Made by a program: the position numbers and the translations under genes. Positions 58,137 to 64,000 of a stretch of DNA of 64,000 bases are shown here, piece after piece. The notes under the pieces are model-generated. The model ran no database searches and was not told the DNA's origin. It was given only the letters and a program-made list of their open reading frames with translations. Source of the DNA: an uncultured Clostridia bacterium (GTDB taxonomy: Bacteria > Bacillota > Clostridia > Christensenellales > CAG-314); NCBI GenBank assembly GCA_947570215.1, contig CANOTO010000007.1:31537-95536 (forward strand). Direction: 5' to 3'. The number at the start of each line of letters is the position of its first letter. Within the stretch, counting starts at the first letter, position 1.

Positions 58137-58165
58137 ATTATACAATATGACGGTAAAATAATCAA
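58137..58165 (-). promoter_or_regulatory. Candidate sigma-A promoter of ftsK
   Basis: On the minus strand: TTGATT (58165-58160), a 17-nt spacer, then TATAAT (58142-58137). Confidence 0.4.
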
Positions 58166-58362
58166 CAATTCAAAATCAAAGAATTAAAGAAAAATTTTAT
58201 ATTTTATTTATTATTAAAAACGTTATTATATGAATGCAGCCGCACGAAAATGCTGTCACCGAACAACTCGTACTGCCATACGAACTAACAGCAATGCAGC
58301 CAAACTAACATAACAATTACAATTTGATCTTAAATATTTACATTAGGAAAAATGCTATAAAC

Positions 58363-58396
58363 ATATTCGGGCGAGTATACGCTACCGCCCGAATAT
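58363..58396 (-). terminator. Hairpin or terminator after the M16 peptidase gene
   Basis: 11-bp stem ATATTCGGGCG/CGCCCGAATAT. The trailing sequence on the minus strand is only moderately T-rich. Confidence 0.45.
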
Positions 58397-58408
58397 ACAC
58401 TGATTATC

Positions 58409-59671
58409 TTACCCGATTTTGATTTTAGAAACCGATTTGTACGCATCGGTTTCAGCACCTACATATGACGAAGCGTGCGCGGCGGAAAAAACTTGACGGG
58501 CAACGGCATTTACGTCATCGACCGATACCGACTTGTACGCTTGTATCTCTTTGTCGATATTGAAAACTTCGTTAAACTTCAAAACGGATCTGCCGTATAA
58601 GCGCATTAAAGTCATAGAACTCTCAACGTTCATGTACAGTGAATTGACTGCCTGAACGGACGCACGCGCCAATTCTTTGTCGGTAATTCCGTCCTGCAGC
58701 AATTCGTTCAACTCGTCCGACACAATTCCGCAAGTTTTGTCAATGTTTTCGGCGCTTAGTCCTGCGTAAATTTCAAACGTGCCGCCCTGCGAATAATAGG
58801 AAGGGTATGCGTATACCGTATATGCCAATCCATGCTGCTCGCGAATTTTTTGATACAGTCTGCTGGTCATTCCGCCGCCTACAACCGATGCCAAGATATT
58901 GTTTGCGTAACGTTTGTCCGAACCGAAGCCGAACCCGCCCCATGCCATTTGCAAATGCGATTGTTCTATTTGCTTAAACGAATGGTAAAACTCGGAGCAG
59001 TATCGAACGGGCGGCTCAGTTTCTGTCGGAGCGGCGTCCTTGCGGCAGTTACATTCGAAATAACGCTCGATAAGCTTGTCCAACTTGTCAAAATCGAATT
59101 TACCGCAGACGGAAATAACGGTTGAAGACGGGACATAATGTTTTTCTTTGAATTCTAATATACTATGCCTGTCAGAGTATTTGATATTATGTGGAGTTCC
59201 GAGAATAGTTTGTCCCAAAGTCTGCTTGTGGAACAGCGCTTTCGCGGCCAAATCCTGACAGACGTCGTCGGGAGTATCTTCGCACATTTTTATCTCTTCC
59301 AGCACTACGCCTTTTTCACGTTCGAATTCCTGTTCGGGAAAGACGGCATTGAAGTACATATCGGACAACACGTCCAAACACTTTTCCATATCGTCCGCCG
59401 CGCTTTTAGTATAAAAGCAAGTATTATCCTTAGCAGTGTAAGCGTTAATATTAGCTCCTATATCGTCTATTTCCTCCGATATGCCGAGCGCCGTACGCTT
59501 CTTAGTACCTTTGAATAATAAATGCTCGATAAAGTGCGAATATCCGTTGTTTTCGGCGTTTTCTTTGACGCACCCCACGTCCACGAAAACGCCTACGCAA
59601 ACGGTATAAAAGCCATCTAAATTCTTGGCAACCAATCTCAATCCGCTTGGGTATTGTTTGTAGAAGTCCAT
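58409..59671 (-). CDS. M16-family (pitrilysin/insulinase-like) zinc peptidase, MlpA/YmxG-like
   Basis: Inverted zinc motif HFIEHLLFKGT. 420 aa. Its position after pnp and ylxY matches the B. subtilis pnpA-ylxY-mlpA order. Confidence 0.85.
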   Translation of the reverse strand: MDFYKQYPSGLRLVAKNLDGFYTVCVGVFVDVGCVKENAENNGYSHFIEHLLFKGTKKRTALGISEEIDDIGANINAYTAKDNTCFYTKSAADDMEKCLDVLSDMYFNAVFPEQEFEREKGVVLEEIKMCEDTPDDVCQDLAAKALFHKQTLGQTILGTPHNIKYSDRHSILEFKEKHYVPSSTVISVCGKFDFDKLDKLIERYFECNCRKDAAPTETEPPVRYCSEFYHSFKQIEQSHLQMAWGGFGFGSDKRYANNILASVVGGGMTSRLYQKIREQHGLAYTVYAYPSYYSQGGTFEIYAGLSAENIDKTCGIVSDELNELLQDGITDKELARASVQAVNSLYMNVESSMTLMRLYGRSVLKFNEVFNIDKEIQAYKSVSVDDVNAVARQVFSAAHASSYVGAETDAYKSVSKIKIG

Positions 59672-60375
59672 ATTTCACCTATATTAGTACTTACGGGAAC
59701 GATGGTAAAACCATTATCGAGATAATACTTGACTATGTCTTCCATCGCTTCGGAAGTATGTTTTGTCGGATGCATAAGTATAAGTTCGCCGCTCGAAGTA
59801 TCCTTCGTCGCGCGCCTATATACGGTGCCCCTGTCTTTGTCGCGCCAATCGATTGTATCGCGCGACCACATTATTGTTTTATAGCCGTTATTCCGCGCCG
59901 CATTAAGCGTGTCAATCGAGAAATCCCCGCTCGGCGGGGCAAACAGCGTCATATTAACGCCAATACACTCGAATACCAATTTGCCGCACGCGTTAATTTC
60001 CAACTCATTATCTGCGTACGATAGCTTAGAATGCTCCTTATGATTGTAGCCGTGATTGCCAATCTCATGACCGCTCGAAGCAATTTTGCCCAAAATGTCG
60101 GGATACTGCGCAACCCAGTATCCGCCGACAAAGAATGTTGTTTTAACCGAGTACTTGTCAAATATTGCCAAAATTTCGTCAATGTATTCAGTGCCCCAAT
60201 AAACGTTTATCATAAGAGAAACCTTCTTTTCTCCTATTCCACGGTAGATAGGAGAGTTATCGTTGCTCTTGTAAACGTTTGTAGTAGCTCCCACAAAGCC
60301 CACCGAAGCTACAACCACTATTAATACCAATAAAACGATATTAGCTACTACGTGCGTAAATACCTTATTATTCAT
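59638..60375 (-). CDS. Polysaccharide deacetylase (NodB family), YlxY-like sporulation protein
   Basis: N-terminal TM helix and NodB motifs (TFFVGGYW, GHEIGNHGYNH, LFAPPSG, LMHP). Start ATG 60375, or possibly TTG 60387. Confidence 0.85.
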   Translation of the reverse strand: MNNKVFTHVVANIVLLVLIVVVASVGFVGATTNVYKSNDNSPIYRGIGEKKVSLMINVYWGTEYIDEILAIFDKYSVKTTFFVGGYWVAQYPDILGKIASSGHEIGNHGYNHKEHSKLSYADNELEINACGKLVFECIGVNMTLFAPPSGDFSIDTLNAARNNGYKTIMWSRDTIDWRDKDRGTVYRRATKDTSSGELILMHPTKHTSEAMEDIVKYYLDNGFTIVPVSTNIGEIWTSTNNTQAD

Positions 60376-60438
60376 ACCATCACCCAATCTATTATATTTT
60401 GAAAATCAGGCAAATTGTACAAATTCGGCAATATTATG

Positions 60439-60882
60439 TTACTTAATATTTTTCTTCATAGCGTTTAGCGCATTAGCAACGTCGTTGACAGAATAAGCTC
60501 TATCGCCCGCGCGCATCAGCTCGCGCCTGACGACAATAGGGTCGGAAAACGGATCGAACCCCAAGTCCAATATCCTTTCCGTCAAATACCGCACCCCGCA
60601 TCGCCTATGAATACACGATAACGCCACGTTGTACGCAATTTGAATTAACATTTCGCCGATAAGCAATCCACGGCAAACACTTAAATACTTTTCGGCATCA
60701 ACTATCGACAATGCGCCTATAATTATGCAGAATATTGCGCCGATTGCAGCCATAAGGGCAACCTGATACTTGAACGGAAACCGTCTGATATCTTCGTAAA
60801 CTCCGCGCAAAGACCAACGCAAGCCTAACGTTGTAAACAAACACAATATTACGCCAGATATTAAACAACCGTATTTTTCCAT
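60439..60882 (-). CDS. Hypothetical membrane protein (147 aa)
   Basis: ATG 60882 is preceded by AAGGTG. Three to four hydrophobic helices. I recognise no family. The longer ORF-track start overlaps the pnp terminator hairpin. Confidence 0.45.
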   Translation of the reverse strand: MEKYGCLISGVILCLFTTLGLRWSLRGVYEDIRRFPFKYQVALMAAIGAIFCIIIGALSIVDAEKYLSVCRGLLIGEMLIQIAYNVALSCIHRRCGVRYLTERILDLGFDPFSDPIVVRRELMRAGDRAYSVNDVANALNAMKKNIK

Positions 60883-60935
60883 TGCACACCTTAAAGATAA
60901 AACCCGCAGCCGAAAATAAAGCAACCTATTAGTCA

Positions 60936-60969
60936 AATTACCCTACTCGCCTAAACAAGTAGGGTAATT
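60936..60969 (-). terminator. Hairpin downstream of pnp
   Basis: 12-bp stem AATTACCCTACT/AGTAGGGTAATT. No strong T-tract follows, so it could be a processing or stability element instead. Confidence 0.4.
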
Positions 60970-60993
60970 GCACTCTTAAAACTTTACTTAATA

Positions 60994-63117
60994 TTACAGC
61001 TTTTTAACGAGCTTGAGATCGATTCTTCCCTTTTCGTCGATTTTGATTACTTTGACCACTACAGTATCGTCTATATTTACTACGTCGGTAACCTTTTCGA
61101 CGCGTTCCTTAGCAAGCTTGGAAATGTGAATCATTCCATCCTTACCGGGAGCAAGCTCTACAAATGCGCCGAAATCGAGAATTCTGACAACCTTGCCCGT
61201 AAATTCTTCGCCCACTTCGGGATCCTTGGCAATAGCAAGAACCATTCGCTTGGCTTTATCCGACATCTCCTGATCCGCGGTAGCAATGAACACTACGCCG
61301 TCGTCGGTAATATCGATTTTTACGCCGGTTTCGTCGATAATCTTATTGATGACCTTTCCGCCGCTTCCGATGACTTCTCTTATCTTATCGGGGTCGATGT
61401 TGAAAGAAATAATCTTAGGCGCGTATTTGGAAAGCTCTTGACGGGGAGCAGGCAACACTTTAAGCATCTGCTCCAATATAAACAATCTGCCTTGACGCGC
61501 TTGTTCCAAAGCCGTGCGAAGAATATTCTCGTCGATACCCTTAATCTTGATATCCATTTGAATAGCCGTAATCCCTTTACTCGTACCCGCTACCTTGAAG
61601 TCCATATCGCCAAGGAAGTCTTCCAACCCTTGAATATCGGACAAAATAGCCACCTTAGAACCGTCTTCGGACTTCATAAGCCCCATTGCTATACCGGCCA
61701 CAGGAGCCTTGATTGGAACGCCTGCGTCCATAAGCGCCAAAGTAGATCCACAGATACTTGCTTGCGACGTACTGCCGTTACTGCTCACAACTTCCGAAAC
61801 GGTACGTATAGCGTAGGGGAATTCCGATTCGTCGGGAATTACCGGATCGAGCGCTCTTTCCGCCAATGCGCCATGCCCTATTTCGCGGCGTCCCGGACTG
61901 CGCAACGGCTTGGCTTCGCCCGTGGAATACCCCGGCATATTGTAATGATGCATATAACGCTTGAAAGTGTCCGTGTCGTCCAAATTTTCCAATTTTTGAA
62001 CTTCACTGACAGTGCCCAGTGTAGCAGTGGTAATTACCTGCGTCATACCGCGGGTAAATACTCCGCTGCCGTGAACGCGAGGCAAAATTCCCGCTTCGCA
62101 CCAAATGGGACGAATTTCCGTAAGCTTTCTTCCGTCGGGACGAACGCCTTCGTTAAGAATACGGGCGCGAACCTTTTCTTTGGTCATTTTGTAAAGCACG
62201 TCGCCTATTTCCGCAACCACTTCGGGATTAGTCTGCTCAAAGTGCTCGGTAACCTTGCGTTCTACTTCGTCTTGATTAGCTTGACGCTCATACCTGTCAA
62301 ATGTTTTCAACGCGTCGTTAAGCATTCCGTCGGCATATTCGCGGATAATGGCTTCATGTTCCGCCATCGGAAGATGAAGCTCCACTTGCTTCTTGGTTTT
62401 GCCGACTTCCTTACAAATAAATTCGATGAACTCGCACTGCTCCTTGATAGCTTCGTGGCCAAACAAAATAGCGTCAAGCATTTCTTTTTCGGATATTTCG
62501 TTCGCTCCGGCTTCCACCATCATAATGGCGTCCTTTGTTCCTGCAAGATTCAAGCTGAGCCGACTGCGCTCCTTTTGCTCTGCGTTGGGATTGATAACGT
62601 ATTTGCCGTCGACATACCCAACAACTACGCTTCCCGTAGGTCCCGCAAAAGGAATGTCAGAAATCGATAAAGCAATAGAACTACCCATCATAGCGTACAC
62701 TTCAGGCTGAATATCCGGTTCTACCGACATTGCGGTAGCAACAACGGATACGTCGTTCAAAAATCCCTTGGGGAAAAGCGGTCTAATCGGTCTGTCGATT
62801 AAACGCGACGTTAAAATCGCTTTGTCGCTTGCCCTGCCTTCTCTTTTCTTAAAACCGCCGGGAATCTTACCGACGGAGTACATTTTTTCTTCAAAGTCTA
62901 CTCCCAAAGGGAAGAAATCTATTCCGTCTCTGGGTTTGGCTGCCAGTGTAACGTTCGTCATAACTACCGTTTCTCCGCAAGATACCATGCAAGAGCCGTT
63001 AGCTTGTTCGGCATATTTGCCGATTTCTACCGAAACGGTTCTGCCGCCGATTTCGGTTTCGAAAACATGATATTCTCTATTTCCGATTTTACCGACCTTT
63101 TTTCTGAATTTTTCCAT
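60994..63117 (-). CDS. pnp: Polyribonucleotide nucleotidyltransferase (PNPase)
   Basis: Two RNase PH domains, then a KH domain (GSGGKVINKI) and an S1 domain (FGAFVEL...DGMIHISKL). ATG 63117 is preceded by AGGAGAAGG. Confidence 0.95.
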   Translation of the reverse strand: MEKFRKKVGKIGNREYHVFETEIGGRTVSVEIGKYAEQANGSCMVSCGETVVMTNVTLAAKPRDGIDFFPLGVDFEEKMYSVGKIPGGFKKREGRASDKAILTSRLIDRPIRPLFPKGFLNDVSVVATAMSVEPDIQPEVYAMMGSSIALSISDIPFAGPTGSVVVGYVDGKYVINPNAEQKERSRLSLNLAGTKDAIMMVEAGANEISEKEMLDAILFGHEAIKEQCEFIEFICKEVGKTKKQVELHLPMAEHEAIIREYADGMLNDALKTFDRYERQANQDEVERKVTEHFEQTNPEVVAEIGDVLYKMTKEKVRARILNEGVRPDGRKLTEIRPIWCEAGILPRVHGSGVFTRGMTQVITTATLGTVSEVQKLENLDDTDTFKRYMHHYNMPGYSTGEAKPLRSPGRREIGHGALAERALDPVIPDESEFPYAIRTVSEVVSSNGSTSQASICGSTLALMDAGVPIKAPVAGIAMGLMKSEDGSKVAILSDIQGLEDFLGDMDFKVAGTSKGITAIQMDIKIKGIDENILRTALEQARQGRLFILEQMLKVLPAPRQELSKYAPKIISFNIDPDKIREVIGSGGKVINKIIDETGVKIDITDDGVVFIATADQEMSDKAKRMVLAIAKDPEVGEEFTGKVVRILDFGAFVELAPGKDGMIHISKLAKERVEKVTDVVNIDDTVVVKVIKIDEKGRIDLKLVKKL

Positions 63118-63189
63118 TTTCTTTTTCCTTCTCCTTACAACTATATTTCCCAAGAAAAACCGCTTTATACGGCCTTTCGGTTAAAGACA

Positions 63190-63244
63190 AAACAAAGAAA
63201 AAAGGAGAATGACCGAAGTAATAGCCCCGTCTCCCCTTATTCTC
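63190..63244 (-). terminator. Probable rpsO terminator/attenuator ahead of pnp
   Basis: On the minus strand GAGAAT...ATTCTC (63244-63239/63210-63205) closes a hairpin that is followed by CTTTTTTCTTTGTTTT. Confidence 0.45.
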
Positions 63245-63247
63245 GTA

Positions 63248-63502
63248 TTATTTTCTGAGCCCTAAGTCGGCGATAATCTGACGATATTTTTCAATATCGG
63301 TCTGCTTGAGATAGTCCAACAATCCCTTTCTGCGTCCTACCATTTGAAGCAATCCGCGTCTGGAATGGTGATCCTTTTGATGCGTTCTCAAATGCTCGGT
63401 AAGGTGATTGATGCGTTCCGTGAGTAACGCGATTTGAACTTCGGGAGAACCGGTATCTCCTTCCTTTCTGCCAAACTTAGCGATAATTTCCTGCTTATTC
63501 AT
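63248..63502 (-). CDS. rpsO: 30S ribosomal protein S15
   Basis: [38 protein letters not shown] is near-invariant S15 sequence. ATG 63502 is preceded by AAAGGAGAAAG. Confidence 0.95.
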   Translation of the reverse strand: MNKQEIIAKFGRKEGDTGSPEVQIALLTERINHLTEHLRTHQKDHHSRRGLLQMVGRRKGLLDYLKQTDIEKYRQIIADLGLRK

Positions 63503-63590
63503 TGTTATCTTTCTCCTTTTATATATTTGCCGCAAACCAAGAACAAAGTCGGAGTCGTCTGAATTCTTAGTAAACGGTATTAAACTTTAA

Positions 63591-64000
63591 TTATTCCGCA
63601 TCTGAACGAACGGATTCGGGACGCGGGAGCAAGGCTTTTCTGGAAAGGGTTATACGCTTGTTTTCCGCGTCGAATTCCATAATTTGCACTTCGATATCGT
63701 CGCCGATCTTCAACGCCTTGTTGATGTCGTCCAACCATTCCCAAGAAACGTTGGAAACGTGAAGCAATCCGTCGATATTTTTATCCAATTCGACAAATGC
63801 GCCGAAAGGCATTATACGCGCTACTTTGCCCGTAACAATTGCTCCTATGGGGAATTTTTCTTCCGCCAGCTGCCAAGGCTCCGGCTGAAGCTGCTTATAG
63901 CCCAAAGACACTCTGTTCTTTTCTCTGTCGAGCGCAAGCACTACAAACTCGTATGTATTGCCAATTTCCAAAACGTCCTGAGGTCCCTTTACGTGTTCCC
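63591..64000 (-). CDS. S1 RNA-binding-domain protein (ribosomal protein S1-like), C-terminal part; 5' end lies outside the window
   Basis: S1 repeats are present (GKVARIMPFGAFVELDKNIDGLLHVSNVS). The frame is open to the window edge. Confidence 0.7.
   Translation of the reverse strand, partial: EHVKGPQDVLEIGNTYEFVVLALDREKNRVSLGYKQLQPEPWQLAEEKFPIGAIVTGKVARIMPFGAFVELDKNIDGLLHVSNVSWEWLDDINKALKIGDDIEVQIMEFDAENKRITLSRKALLPRPESVRSDAE

Noticed and set aside
58243-58302. A 9-bp direct repeat AATGCAGCC (58243-58251 and 58294-58302) in the ftsK-peptidase intergenic region
   Set aside because: It is short, has only two copies, and lacks associated structure or an ORF. This is compatible with chance.
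61126-62670. A 514-aa ORF antisense to pnp
   Set aside because: It is a shadow ORF opposite an unmistakable PNPase gene. The product is R/F/N-rich and matches no family I recognise. The same reasoning applies to other antisense ORFs in the track, such as 35938-36540, 41122-41700, 9323-9832 and 24785-25327.
63158-63182. A small hairpin (AACCG...CGGTT) in the pnp 5' leader, as a possible RNase III autoregulation site
   Set aside because: It has only a 5-bp stem with an unstructured interior. It cannot be distinguished from chance by eye.
1-64000. A search for CRISPR arrays, rRNA operons, IS elements or transposases, prophage blocks, toxin-antitoxin pairs and known defence genes
   Set aside because: I saw no regularly spaced direct repeats, no rRNA-like sequence, and no transposase, phage-structural or defence-type ORFs. 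The only recombinase looks chromosomal (Xer-like) rather than mobile-element borne.

Overview
This window looks like chromosomal DNA from a spore-forming, low-to-moderate-GC Firmicute, probably class Clostridia. That call rests on gene content and order: spoIVB, spoVAC/AD/AEB, yunB, a ylxY-like deacetylase, a T-box leader and a Cheo-type LexA box. Most of it is conserved housekeeping: xseAB-ispA, dxs, argR-recN, scpAB, pheST, mutS2, iscS-thiI, miaB-mutS-mutL-miaA, hflX-lexA, rny, recA, pgsA, rimO, ftsK, pnp and rpsO. I found no CRISPR array, rRNA, transposase or recognisable defence system.

The strongest signal is a ~600-nt structured non-coding region at about 1430-2029. It lies between ispA and a 4-TM membrane protein that directly precedes dxs. 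Size, position and neighbours match the OLE (ornate, large, extremophilic) RNA and its partner OapA. The ORF track hides this by fusing the RNA region to oapA as one 343-aa ORF.

The second point of interest is the zone at 38.9-49 kb:
- Gene orientation flips from almost all '+' to all '-', which is a replication-terminus-like convergence.
- A perfect 17-6-17 bp palindrome sits about 120 bp upstream of a long XerS-like tyrosine recombinase, making it a candidate single-recombinase dif-type site.
- The recombinase and lexA both appear to be leaderless.
- The zone also holds a frameshifted lipoprotein gene, a DUF45 protein with a degenerate HExxH motif (HAFAH), a membrane-anchored PadR fusion, a GNAT-Nudix fusion, tRNA-Trp and a C9 tract.

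All functional calls come from motif recognition by eye and from synteny. No searches were run.
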